Positions 17,584-27,382 of a stretch of 64,000 nt of DNA are shown here, piece by piece. Source of the stretch: Bacteroidales bacterium. Its GTDB lineage: Bacteria > Bacteroidota > Bacteroidia > Bacteroidales > DTU049. The notes beneath the pieces are model-generated. The model searched no databases. It was given only the letters and a program-made list of their open reading frames with translations, and had not been told where the DNA came from. Every line of letters starts with the position of its first letter. Position 1 is the stretch's first letter. The translations under genes were made by a program, and so were the position numbers. The DNA lies in assembly GCA_012520175.1 (NCBI GenBank), contig JAAYOU010000029.1, positions 8,867 to 72,866 on the forward strand, written 5' to 3'.

Positions 17584-19561
17584 AACAAACATATTATTTT
17601 TCTTCTTATTTGGATTTTTTGCATTCACTTTCAATTGCTATGCACAAAAGGATTATAGCAATGTTGAGTATTTAAAAGAATCCTTAGCTTATAGTGATTT
17701 TTACGAATTTATCAAATACGATAAAAACATGCTCGAATGGCAGGATGTAAACGTAATTTCTCCTTTTTTTGAAAAATTAAAAAACGCTGACAAAGATAAA
17801 GTTGTTATTCTTCATATTGGCGACTCACATATTCAAAGCGACATTGGAGCAGGCACAACAAGAGCTTTGTTGCAAAAAATTTTTGGTGTTGGTGGTAGAG
17901 GAATTGTGTTTCCATATCAAATTGCAAAAACACATTCAGCATTTGACTATTATGCTAAATATTCAGGAACATGGATTGCTTCAAAAAATGTTGAACTAAA
18001 GCCAAAGCTAAATATTGGAATTAGCGGTATCACTTGTTTTACAAATGATTCCTCTGCAAACTTTCAATTAATTTTTAAAAACCGTTATTACTCAATTCAT
18101 CCAAGTTTTACCAAACTGCGCTTGTATTGCCATAAAGGAAAAGAAAGTTTTGATATAAAAATACGCTCTGACAAAACAAAAGAATGGATTGATGTAAATT
18201 GCAGTTCAAAAGACACTTTGCCCTACGTGGAAATCTTATTACCAATTTCTTTTGATACTTTGTTCGTGGAAATAAACAAAACTTCAGAAGAACAAAAATA
18301 TTTTGAACTTTATGGTATAGAAATTCAAGGAATAAAAAATTCAGGAATTCAGTATATAAGTGTTGGTATTAATGGTGCTGGATATAATAGTTTTTTCAAT
18401 CAAAATTTGATGAAAAATCAATTGAAATTTATTAATCCAGACATGGTTATTTTTGATCTTGGAATAAATGATTTTTACAGAGGTGCATTTAATTACCAAT
18501 ACGTGATGAGTAGCATAAACAAGGCTATTGCTCTTTTTAAAGAAACATGCCCTAACTCCGTTTTTGTTTTACCAAACGCACAAGACATTTATTATAGAGG
18601 CAGGAACATTACAAACTGCAAAAATTACAGCACACTTACCCGACTAATTGCCAAAGAACAAAACATTGTCCTGTATGATTATTTTAATATTTCAGGAGGA
18701 CCTCAATCAATGCTTCTTTGGTCGAAAAATGGACTTTCTCAACGAGATAAAGTTCATTTAAGCTACACTGGCTACAAAACAAAAGGAGAACTTTTTTGTA
18801 ACGCTATTTTAAACTCATACATAACATATTTATCCAAAAAACCTGATAGCTTATTGGTGTTGAACGACTGTATAGACACAACAAATTTCCACAATTGGAT
18901 AATAAACAAATCTACTTACTATAACCGAAAACAAATAGAAACATCTGACAAGATAAATAGTTATAAAGACAAACCAATTGTTGCCAGCAAACCAGCTTTA
19001 TCAAGCGATGGAAAATATTATATTGTTCGTTCTGGAGACAACTTGGGCGTTATAGCTAATAAATTTGGCGTTAGCGTATCCAATTTGCAAAACTGGAACA
19101 ATTTAAAATCAACCACTATTTATCCTGGGCAAAAACTTTTGGTGGGCAGCGGTTCAAGCGGAAGTGTAAGTGTTAGCGCCAATACAAAAACAGGAGTTAA
19201 AACAACAACTCAGCAAGGTGCAAAAAAAATCGTTTACACAATAAAAAAAGGCGACAATTTATTTGCTATTGCCAAAAATTTTAATGTTTCAATAGACAAT
19301 ATAAAACAATGGAACGGGCTCTCTTCCAACAATATTACTGCGGGTAAAAGTTTAGTTATTTATTCTTCTGTATCCGCTCCAAAAACTACAACTCAAACTA
19401 GCAGTTCATCAAAACCCAGAAATATATCTTATGTGGTAAAAAGCGGTGATTCTTTATGGTCAATAGCAAATAAATACGGAACAACCGTAGAGCGCATAAA
19501 AAAAGATAATAAATTAAATTCTGACAAACTGATTTTAGGACAAAAATTAATCATTAATTAA
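17573..19561 (+). CDS. secreted SGNH/GDSL-fold protein with three C-terminal LysM domains
   Basis: Signal peptide. SGNH blocks LHIGDSHIQSD, GINDF and RDKVHLS. Three LysM units: YYIVRSGDNLGVIANKFGV..., VYTIKKGDNLFAIAKNFNV... and SYVVKSGDSLWSIANKYGT... Confidence 0.8.
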   Translation: MRNKTNILFFFLFGFFAFTFNCYAQKDYSNVEYLKESLAYSDFYEFIKYDKNMLEWQDVNVISPFFEKLKNADKDKVVILHIGDSHIQSDIGAGTTRALLQKIFGVGGRGIVFPYQIAKTHSAFDYYAKYSGTWIASKNVELKPKLNIGISGITCFTNDSSANFQLIFKNRYYSIHPSFTKLRLYCHKGKESFDIKIRSDKTKEWIDVNCSSKDTLPYVEILLPISFDTLFVEINKTSEEQKYFELYGIEIQGIKNSGIQYISVGINGAGYNSFFNQNLMKNQLKFINPDMVIFDLGINDFYRGAFNYQYVMSSINKAIALFKETCPNSVFVLPNAQDIYYRGRNITNCKNYSTLTRLIAKEQNIVLYDYFNISGGPQSMLLWSKNGLSQRDKVHLSYTGYKTKGELFCNAILNSYITYLSKKPDSLLVLNDCIDTTNFHNWIINKSTYYNRKQIETSDKINSYKDKPIVASKPALSSDGKYYIVRSGDNLGVIANKFGVSVSNLQNWNNLKSTTIYPGQKLLVGSGSSGSVSVSANTKTGVKTTTQQGAKKIVYTIKKGDNLFAIAKNFNVSIDNIKQWNGLSSNNITAGKSLVIYSSVSAPKTTTQTSSSSKPRNISYVVKSGDSLWSIANKYGTTVERIKKDNKLNSDKLILGQKLIIN

Positions 19562-19566
19562 TAAAC

Positions 19567-21057
19567 ATGAATTTTTCAATTTCTGAATTCATATCATCTT
19601 TAAGGTATTTACCAGACCAACCTTTGTTGTTTCAATCGGTAACTTTTTTTATACTTTTCGCATTCTTTTATTTACTGTATGCTTTATGCTTCAACAACAG
19701 AGCTATGCGCAATGGGGTTTTGCTCCTGTTCGGATTATATTTTTATTATAAAATCAGTGGTTTTTTTGTAGGCGTAATGGTTTTAATGGCTACAATAGAC
19801 TATTTTATTGGTATTGGCATTTATAAAAGCAAAAATCCGGCAAGTAAAAAATTTCTTTTAGTTTTATCTGTTTTAATAAATGTTGGAGCTCTTTTTTACT
19901 TTAAATACACCAATTTTTTAATTGAAACATGGACAGGAATTTTCCACCCGGGCACAGAGCCATTAGTTTTAAAAATTGTTCAACCGCTCGGAATTTCTTA
20001 TTATGTTTTTAAATCTTTAACATACATCTTTGATATACACAGAGAAGTAATAGAATATCCTGAGAAAAATTGGTTTAGATACGTTTTGTATGTCTCTTTC
20101 TTCCCAAATATTTTAGCAGGACCTATCTCAAAAGCAAGAGATTTATTGCCTCAATTTGTCCAAAAACCAATCATTGACAAAGAGACACTTAGCAAAGGCT
20201 TTTTCTTAATAATGCTTGGGCTTATAAAAAAAGTAGTTTTTGCCGATTATTTAGGTTCAAACCTTGTTGATAGAGTTTTTGAAAGCCCACAATATTTCAC
20301 AGGTATAGACGCACTCATGGCTGCTTACGGTGGTTTGATTCAATTATACTTTGACTTTGCAGGATATACTGACATGATGGTAGGCTTTGCTCTTTTGCTT
20401 GGATATACTATCCAGCACAACTTCAACAAACCATTCCTAGCAGGCAATATAACAGCGTTTTGGAGAAGATGGCACATTACACTTTACAGTTGGCTAAATG
20501 AATATTTATATCAACCAATGGCTTTTGCATGGCGACGAGGCGGAAAAATAATGATATTGCTTGCTGTTTTTATTACATTTTTTGTCTCCGGATTATGGCA
20601 TGGAGCTTCACTTACGTTTGTGGTTTGGGGTTTGCTGCACGGCGCTGCAATTTCGTGGGACGTAGTCAGCCAAAAAGGAAGAGATAATGTTAAAAAATGG
20701 ATGCCAAAAGCAATATACAGCTTTTTAAGTATTTTTATAACCTTCCATTTTTTGGTATTTTCAGCAGTTTTGATAAATGTGCCCAACTTAAGTGAAGCAT
20801 CTAATTTTTACAATCTTATCTTGCAAACAGATCTTTCATTGTTTCCAAAGTGGCTCGACATCTATTTTTATCCGTTTTTAATAATGGTTATTGGGCTGTT
20901 TTTGCAGTATTTGCCAATAAAATTTTACACGGGAATTTTTAACAGCTATTCAAAACTGCACTGGACGTTAAAAGCTATTGTTTTTTCATTGCTAGTTATT
21001 GTGCTTTATCAGCTATATAGCTCAGACGCGATGCCTTTTATTTATATACAGTTCTAA
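19567..21057 (+). CDS. MBOAT-family membrane O-acyltransferase (DltB/AlgI/PatA-like)
   Basis: Polytopic, 496 aa. It has the conserved FWRRWHITL and GLWHG (catalytic His region) motifs typical of AlgI/DltB. Confidence 0.85.
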   Translation: MNFSISEFISSLRYLPDQPLLFQSVTFFILFAFFYLLYALCFNNRAMRNGVLLLFGLYFYYKISGFFVGVMVLMATIDYFIGIGIYKSKNPASKKFLLVLSVLINVGALFYFKYTNFLIETWTGIFHPGTEPLVLKIVQPLGISYYVFKSLTYIFDIHREVIEYPEKNWFRYVLYVSFFPNILAGPISKARDLLPQFVQKPIIDKETLSKGFFLIMLGLIKKVVFADYLGSNLVDRVFESPQYFTGIDALMAAYGGLIQLYFDFAGYTDMMVGFALLLGYTIQHNFNKPFLAGNITAFWRRWHITLYSWLNEYLYQPMAFAWRRGGKIMILLAVFITFFVSGLWHGASLTFVVWGLLHGAAISWDVVSQKGRDNVKKWMPKAIYSFLSIFITFHFLVFSAVLINVPNLSEASNFYNLILQTDLSLFPKWLDIYFYPFLIMVIGLFLQYLPIKFYTGIFNSYSKLHWTLKAIVFSLLVIVLYQLYSSDAMPFIYIQF

Positions 21058-21062
21058 TAAAA

Positions 21063-22904
21063 TTACTCAACAGTAACAGATTTTGCTAAGTTTCTTGGCT
21101 GGTCAACATTACAACCACGCAATATTGCAATATGATAAGCCAAAAGTTGCAATGGAATTGTAGCTAAGATTGGAACTAAAAACTCCTCTGTTTCTGGAAT
21201 TTCTATTGAATAATCGCTCATTTCTTTCACTGTGGTATCGCCAGCAGTAACGATTGAAATAATGCTACCATTTCTTGCTTTTACCTCTTGGATATTTGAA
21301 ACAATTTTTTCATATGTTCCTTTGTTTGTTGCAATTACAACCACAGGCATCTGTTCATCAATTAATGCTATTGGACCATGCTTCATTTCTGCTGCTGGAT
21401 AGCCTTCTGCATGAATATAGCTTATTTCTTTTAGTTTTAAAGCACCTTCCATTGCTACAGGATAATTATATCCACGGCCTAAATAAAGGAAGTTGCGAGC
21501 ATCTTTAAAATTTTGAGCAATTTTTTCTACAATACCTTCTACATTTTTCAATGTCGTTTTTACTTTTTCAGGAATTGAGTGAAACTCCTCTATATATTTT
21601 ATGTATTTCTCTTCATCAATAATATTTCGTTTTCTTCCAAGCATTAATGCTATCATAGTTAAAATTGTAACCTGAGCCGTAAATGCTTTTGTAGAAGCCA
21701 CTCCTATTTCCGGACCAGCATGGGTATAACTTCCTGCATGTGTTGCTCTTGCTATTGAAGATCCAACAACATTACAAATGCCAAAAATTGTAGCACCTTT
21801 AGATTTTGCGAGATTAACCGCTGCCAAAGTATCAGCTGTTTCTCCAGACTGGCTTATTGCAAAAACAATATCATCTTTATTGATTATAGGATTTCTATAC
21901 CTAAATTCTGAAGCGTATTCAACCTCAACACTAATTCTAGCTAAATCTTCAAATAAATATTCTCCCACCAAACCCGCATGCCAAGAGGTTCCACACGCAA
22001 CAATAATAATTCTTTTTGCCTCACATAGCTTATCAATATATCTCTCTATGCCTCCAACCAAAATTTCTTTTTTTGATATCGACAATCTTCCCCTCATGCT
22101 ATCTCGAATAGAATTAGGCTGCTCATTAATTTCTTTAAGCATAAAATGAGGATAGCCACCTTTTTCAATTGCTTCAATATTCAATTCTAACTTCTGAATA
22201 TAAGGTGTTTTATCAATGTTTTTTATTGTTTTTATCCTAACATCTTTTCCTCTTTCAATAATCGCCATTTCTTCGTCTTCCAAATAGATTACATCTTTTG
22301 TGTATTCTACAATAGGCGTAGCATCTGAAGCAACAAAAAACTCATCTTTTCCAATACCAATTACCATTGGACTCGCCTTTTTTGCAATAATTAGCATATC
22401 TGGATTTTCTTCGGAGATAACCACGATAGCATAAGCTCCAACAACTTGATTTAAAGATATTCTAACAGCTTCTTCCAAGCTTGTTTTTTCATTTTTTTGA
22501 ATATCTTCAATTAATAGAATTAAAACTTCAGTGTCTGTATTGCTTTTAAACTCATATCCTCTGTTTATAAGTTCAGCTTTTAATACTGCATAGTTTTCAA
22601 TAATTCCGTTATGAATTATTGCATGTTTTCCTGATTGCGACAAATGAGGATGTGCATTAATATCATTTGGCTCTCCGTGAGTAGCCCAGCGCGTATGGCC
22701 AATTCCCATCGTACCTTTAATGTTTTTGTCTGCAACAAGATTTTCAAGGTCATTAACCTTGCCATGACTTTTATAAACCCTTAAGTCTCCATTTAAAATG
22801 GCAATTCCAGCACTATCATATCCACGATATTCGAGCCTTTTAAGTCCGTTTATAATTATCGGGTAAGCTTCATTATTACCCAAGTAACCAACTATTCCAC
22901 ACAT
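21063..22904 (-). CDS. glmS: glutamine--fructose-6-phosphate aminotransferase (isomerizing)
   Basis: N-terminal MCGIVGY (catalytic Cys2), two SIS domains and the C-terminal ..AKSVTVE. Confidence 0.97.
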   Translation of the reverse strand: MCGIVGYLGNNEAYPIIINGLKRLEYRGYDSAGIAILNGDLRVYKSHGKVNDLENLVADKNIKGTMGIGHTRWATHGEPNDINAHPHLSQSGKHAIIHNGIIENYAVLKAELINRGYEFKSNTDTEVLILLIEDIQKNEKTSLEEAVRISLNQVVGAYAIVVISEENPDMLIIAKKASPMVIGIGKDEFFVASDATPIVEYTKDVIYLEDEEMAIIERGKDVRIKTIKNIDKTPYIQKLELNIEAIEKGGYPHFMLKEINEQPNSIRDSMRGRLSISKKEILVGGIERYIDKLCEAKRIIIVACGTSWHAGLVGEYLFEDLARISVEVEYASEFRYRNPIINKDDIVFAISQSGETADTLAAVNLAKSKGATIFGICNVVGSSIARATHAGSYTHAGPEIGVASTKAFTAQVTILTMIALMLGRKRNIIDEEKYIKYIEEFHSIPEKVKTTLKNVEGIVEKIAQNFKDARNFLYLGRGYNYPVAMEGALKLKEISYIHAEGYPAAEMKHGPIALIDEQMPVVVIATNKGTYEKIVSNIQEVKARNGSIISIVTAGDTTVKEMSDYSIEIPETEEFLVPILATIPLQLLAYHIAILRGCNVDQPRNLAKSVTVE

Positions 22905-22916
22905 AGCAAATATTTT

Positions 22917-24227
22917 TTATTTTTGAATAGGGGTGTATGTTATTTCTAGACGCATTGGGTTTGTGCTTTTTGGGCCATTTAAAACGACTCGATTTGCATA
23001 AACCGAAGAGCCACTTACCAACAAAACAAATCCAAAAGGTGTTTCACCCCCAGTAATTATTTTTTGAATCTGCTTTGTCATTATAAAACGATAAGCGTTC
23101 TTTCCTTTGTCAAACTTGCCAAAAGGATCGCTGCTAGCGTCTAATAATGTAAAATATTTTCCTGCTTCATTCATTTTTACTAAACCCAATGCAGCTGGGC
23201 GAGGATATTCTTCTTCATTAACAGAAGCATCTACGGGCAAAATTAATTCTGCTCTGTTTATTACTATTGAAAAATCCTTATTTAATAATTTTATGCTTGG
23301 AAGTTTAAATACTACTTCTGTTCCAGCAAGCGGTTGTAAAAACAATTTTTGTTGTCCAAGCAATGTATCACCGTTTAATTGTCCTAACAAATCGGCAGAA
23401 GCTCCTGCATAAGCAAAATGCTCAAAATTGCAGTAACGAGCTGATTTTGTAGAAATATTTAGTCTGTATTTTGAAGTATCTAAGTCATTATGGTAGTATA
23501 TTGTCAGCCCAGAATATTGCGAAACAATGTTTAACACTGATATTGAGCCATTTGCTCCCGAAACAGGCAGAACGCAAATGCCATGAAAAAACTGCTGGAA
23601 AACATTATCAGATGCTAAGTGTCCTGCTAAATTAGCATCAATTATTCTTTGTCCAAAACTTTTGTCAAGAGGAATTCTTAATTGAGGTCCAAGTTTTTTC
23701 CCTTCAACAATAACGCTGTCTTTCGCATTAGGCGTATAAGTGTAAGTTCCCAATAACTCTCCTGCATTTATCGGCGAAAAAGAATAATAATTACTATCTA
23801 TTTTAATATTGTTTTGCAAATCCCTTACCTCCACCGTTACAGGATTATTTTGGGCTACATTTCCATAAATAGAATGATACTGTAAATGCAAAATCACGGA
23901 ATCAATTACAGGATTTGTACCAAAATCAACATTTGTGCTAGATAAAAGCAGTTGAGTGCAAAAGGAGGCTTTTAATTCTCCAAAAATTGGGTCAGTATAA
24001 TGTCCAAGAAGACTTAAGCTCGTTTCATCAGTTCTAAGGCTATCTACTTTTCTTGTATATGCATTAATAAGAATAGTGTCTGTTTTAACAACATTCAATT
24101 CATCTCCCGGTGGCTGCACATCAAGTCCAAAATCATTTTCAGGAGTACACGATACCAAAACAATAACGCAAGAAATGATACTTACAAATGCTGTTATTGT
24201 ATTTTTTATTATTTTTTTATAATTCAC
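22917..24227 (-). CDS. DUF4270-like lipoprotein
   Basis: Lipobox VLVSCT. The size (436 aa) and the position directly upstream of glmS are as commonly seen in Bacteroidota. The family call is from memory of that context. Confidence 0.55.
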   Translation of the reverse strand: MNYKKIIKNTITAFVSIISCVIVLVSCTPENDFGLDVQPPGDELNVVKTDTILINAYTRKVDSLRTDETSLSLLGHYTDPIFGELKASFCTQLLLSSTNVDFGTNPVIDSVILHLQYHSIYGNVAQNNPVTVEVRDLQNNIKIDSNYYSFSPINAGELLGTYTYTPNAKDSVIVEGKKLGPQLRIPLDKSFGQRIIDANLAGHLASDNVFQQFFHGICVLPVSGANGSISVLNIVSQYSGLTIYYHNDLDTSKYRLNISTKSARYCNFEHFAYAGASADLLGQLNGDTLLGQQKLFLQPLAGTEVVFKLPSIKLLNKDFSIVINRAELILPVDASVNEEEYPRPAALGLVKMNEAGKYFTLLDASSDPFGKFDKGKNAYRFIMTKQIQKIITGGETPFGFVLLVSGSSVYANRVVLNGPKSTNPMRLEITYTPIQK

Positions 24228-24281
24228 TTTTGTTTATTAAAATATTTGCAAAATTAGCAAAATAACTTTAATTATTTGTTT

Positions 24282-25547
24282 TTATTGTGCTTCGTCCAAT
24301 TCTTCTTTATTATTTAACTCTTCTTCTGTCTTGTTTTGCTCATCTGAAGCCAAAACAACCGGCTCTTGCCCGCCCTCTACTATATCCATTTTTTTATTAA
24401 CCATTAAACCTATCATCATCACAAACGAAGAAAGAATAACAATTTGAGTTACCAAAGGCTTGTTTACAGTAGGAACAACTTCTTCCGGAACAATGGACAA
24501 AAAAAGCAAAATTGTAATCAATCCTCGAGGAGCGATGTAATACAAAGTTTTTTCCTTTACCTTGAAAAACTTTAAAAAAATAAATCTTATAATGAAAATA
24601 GCAAAAGTAATTCCAATAGCCCAAGGAAGTGCTGATAAATTTAACAATTCGCTTGTTTCAATTAAAAAACCAAACAACAAGAAAAACAAAGTGCGAACCA
24701 AAAACGTTGTTTCTGCCACAATTTCACTAAACCTAACAAATTCCTTTTTTAAAGATTCTACGTGAAAAGCTTGTGCCCATTTTGTTTTATGTAATAAATT
24801 CAAATTTCCTAAAAACATTCCAAAAAGCAAAATAAAAATTAGCCCTGGCAAATGGAAATACTTTGTAATTGCATAAAAAAGCACCAACAAAATTATTATT
24901 GGAATAAATTTTACCGAATGATTTATTTTATTCAACAATACTGAAAGTCCTATTATACCTGCAAAAGAAATAAATAACGTAAGTAAAATTTGTAAAAAGA
25001 AATTTCCAAACGTTGCCCAACCAAAAACCTCATTTAACGAAATGAAATTAAAAGCTATCACGCCAATAATATCAGAAATACTCGTTTCATAAGTAACAAA
25101 CTCCCTGTCTTTTTTAGATAAAGCGTGCACACTTGGAATTGCTATTGCGCTACTAATAATACATAGCGGCAAAGCATTTGTTAAAGCTATTTTAAATGGC
25201 ACATCATCAACATATTGTATAATATAAGCTAATACTACTCCTAGCACAGCCATTGGCAATATTGCCATTAACACAGATTTAATTATTAATGTTTTTTTAG
25301 ACTTCTTTAGTTCCAATTCCATTGAGCCTTCTAACACTATCAAAATCAATCCAATAGTTCCAACAATAGGCAAAATCTCGCTCAAATCGGGAACATTTAT
25401 ACCTAAATAATAGGAAATTTGCCTCACTCCCCAGCCAACTAAAAGTAATAAAATTACAGAAGGTATTCTTGTTTTCTTAGACGTTAAATCAAAAAAATAA
25501 GAAAGCAACACTAATACACAAAGAGTAATTATTATACTTATTGTCAT
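24282..25547 (-). CDS. cation:proton antiporter (CPA-type Na+/H+ exchanger family)
   Basis: About 11 hydrophobic segments. The N-terminus ...LLSYFFDLTSKKTRIPSVILLLLVGWG is typical of Na_H_exchanger proteins. It has an acidic C-terminal tail. Confidence 0.7.
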   Translation of the reverse strand: MTISIIITLCVLVLLSYFFDLTSKKTRIPSVILLLLVGWGVRQISYYLGINVPDLSEILPIVGTIGLILIVLEGSMELELKKSKKTLIIKSVLMAILPMAVLGVVLAYIIQYVDDVPFKIALTNALPLCIISSAIAIPSVHALSKKDREFVTYETSISDIIGVIAFNFISLNEVFGWATFGNFFLQILLTLFISFAGIIGLSVLLNKINHSVKFIPIIILLVLFYAITKYFHLPGLIFILLFGMFLGNLNLLHKTKWAQAFHVESLKKEFVRFSEIVAETTFLVRTLFFLLFGFLIETSELLNLSALPWAIGITFAIFIIRFIFLKFFKVKEKTLYYIAPRGLITILLFLSIVPEEVVPTVNKPLVTQIVILSSFVMMIGLMVNKKMDIVEGGQEPVVLASDEQNKTEEELNNKEELDEAQ

Positions 25548-25640
25548 TTTTTAAAAATTTTTACCATTCAAAAATAATGTTTTTTTTACAAAAGAATAAA
25601 TTGTTTGCTTTAATACTATTTTTAATCAATTATTAATTAT

Positions 25641-25648
25641 TAATTTTG
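25641..25648 (+). promoter_or_regulatory. candidate -7 box (TAnnTTTG) for glyQS
   Basis: taattttg at 25641-25648, 30 nt upstream of the ATG at 25679. Confidence 0.35.
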
Positions 25649-25678
25649 CATGGATTTAAAACATTATAAACAAAAACG

Positions 25679-27208
25679 ATGAGTGAAGATCTTTTTAGAA
25701 AAATAATTTCCCATGCCAAAGAATATGGCTTTGTGTTTCCTTCTTCTGAAATATATGACGGACTAAGCGCTGTTTACGACTATGGACAATATGGCTCTGA
25801 GCTAAAAAACAACATCAGAAACTATTGGTGGAAAAGCATGGTGCAAAAACACAGCAATATTGTTGGCATAGACGCATCTATCTTTATGCATCCTACCACG
25901 TGGAAAGCATCTGGACATATAGATGCATTCAACGACCCGCTAATAGACAATAAAGACAGCAAAAAACGCTATCGTGCTGATGTTTTAATCGAAGATTATG
26001 CTGAAAAACAACACGAAAAAGCTGAAAAAGAAGTTGAAAAAGCAAGAAAAAGATTTGGAGAAAGTTTTGATGAAACCTTGTTCAGAAACACAAATCCAAG
26101 AGTAATTGAATACAGAAAAAAAGGAGAAGATGCTGTTAAAAAAATGGCTCAGTCTCTTGAAAACAACAATCTTGACGAAATAAAACAACTAATAATAGAC
26201 CTTGAAATTGCTTGCCCCATCAGCGGTACACGCAATTGGACCGATGTTCGCCAATTTAACCTAATGTTTAAAACAAACATGGGCTCTGTAACTGACGATT
26301 CCGATTCCATTTATTTACGTCCAGAAACAGCACAAGGAATTTTTGTAAACTTCATGAATGTTTATAAAACGGGTCGTATGAAAATTCCTTTTGGTATAGC
26401 ACAAACAGGAAAAGCTTTTAGAAACGAGATTGTTGCTCGCCAATTCATTTTCAGAATGCGCGAATTTGAGCAAATGGAAATGCAATTCTTTGTAAAACCC
26501 GGCGAAGAAATGAAATGGTATGAATATTGGCGAGAAGAGCGAATGAAATGGCATTTGGAAATGGGCATTCCAAAAACAAAATATCGTTGGCACAAACACG
26601 AAAAACTTGCCCACTATGCAAATGCCGCAGCCGACATCGAATTCGACTTCCCATTTGGATTTAAAGAACTTGAAGGAATACACAGCAGAACAGATTTTGA
26701 CTTGAATGCTCATCAAAAATTTAGTGGAAAAAAACTTCAATATTTTGATTCCGAAACAAACGAAAGTTACGTGCCATACGTGATTGAAACTTCTATTGGC
26801 TTAGATAGAACCTTCCTATGCGTTTTAAGCCATGCCTACGAAGAGCAACAACTCGAAGATGGCTCTGTAAGAACAGTTTTACACATACCTGACTTTTTAG
26901 CTCCAATAAAAGCTGCGGTTTTACCTCTTGTAAAAAAAGACGGAATGCCAGAAATAGCAGAAAAAATAGCTGACGAACTCAGAGAAGATTATATGGTTCA
27001 ATACGATGAAAAAGATGCTATTGGAAGACGCTATCGCAGGCAAGATGCTATCGGCACACCATTTTGCATCACAGTTGATAATGAGACATTAGAAAACCAA
27101 ACTGTTACAATTCGAGAGCGAGATAGTATGCAACAAACAAGAATTTCATACGACTCAATAAGCTCATTTTTAAAAGACAAATTAAAACCTCAAAAACATG
27201 AAGACTGA
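25679..27208 (+). CDS. glyQS: glycine--tRNA ligase (homodimeric class II type)
   Basis: [11 protein letters not shown]-like start, [33 protein letters not shown], and a C-terminal anticodon-binding domain. Confidence 0.95.
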   Translation: MSEDLFRKIISHAKEYGFVFPSSEIYDGLSAVYDYGQYGSELKNNIRNYWWKSMVQKHSNIVGIDASIFMHPTTWKASGHIDAFNDPLIDNKDSKKRYRADVLIEDYAEKQHEKAEKEVEKARKRFGESFDETLFRNTNPRVIEYRKKGEDAVKKMAQSLENNNLDEIKQLIIDLEIACPISGTRNWTDVRQFNLMFKTNMGSVTDDSDSIYLRPETAQGIFVNFMNVYKTGRMKIPFGIAQTGKAFRNEIVARQFIFRMREFEQMEMQFFVKPGEEMKWYEYWREERMKWHLEMGIPKTKYRWHKHEKLAHYANAAADIEFDFPFGFKELEGIHSRTDFDLNAHQKFSGKKLQYFDSETNESYVPYVIETSIGLDRTFLCVLSHAYEEQQLEDGSVRTVLHIPDFLAPIKAAVLPLVKKDGMPEIAEKIADELREDYMVQYDEKDAIGRRYRRQDAIGTPFCITVDNETLENQTVTIRERDSMQQTRISYDSISSFLKDKLKPQKHED

Positions 27209-27377
27209 AGAAAAAATTATTGACGCTATGAAAAAAGCTGGCAAAGCTCTTTCTGCTGGCGAAATTGCTGAACTCACGCAAATTGACAGAAAAGAAGTGG
27301 ATAAAGCAATGAAAATTTTAAAAGAAAGCGAAAAAATCGAATCCCCTAAAAGATGCTATTGGCAACCTAAAAAATAG
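27198..27377 (+). CDS. small winged-helix DNA-binding protein (59 aa), not in ORF track
   Basis: Own translation: [59 protein letters not shown]. This has the classic small wHTH layout (..G.pl.a.EIAe.tg.dkkeV.KA.K.Lk.eGkI.SPKRCyy). It overlaps the glyQS end by 11 nt and ends 5 nt before the next ATG. Confidence 0.55.
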   Translation: MKTEEKIIDAMKKAGKALSAGEIAELTQIDRKEVDKAMKILKESEKIESPKRCYWQPKK

Positions 27378-27382
27378 ATTTG

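Noticed and set aside
25985-26740. Four overlapping minus-strand ORFs (67-141 aa) inside glyQS.
   Set aside because: They are antisense to an unambiguous, full-length glycyl-tRNA synthetase, and the translations look like nonsense.
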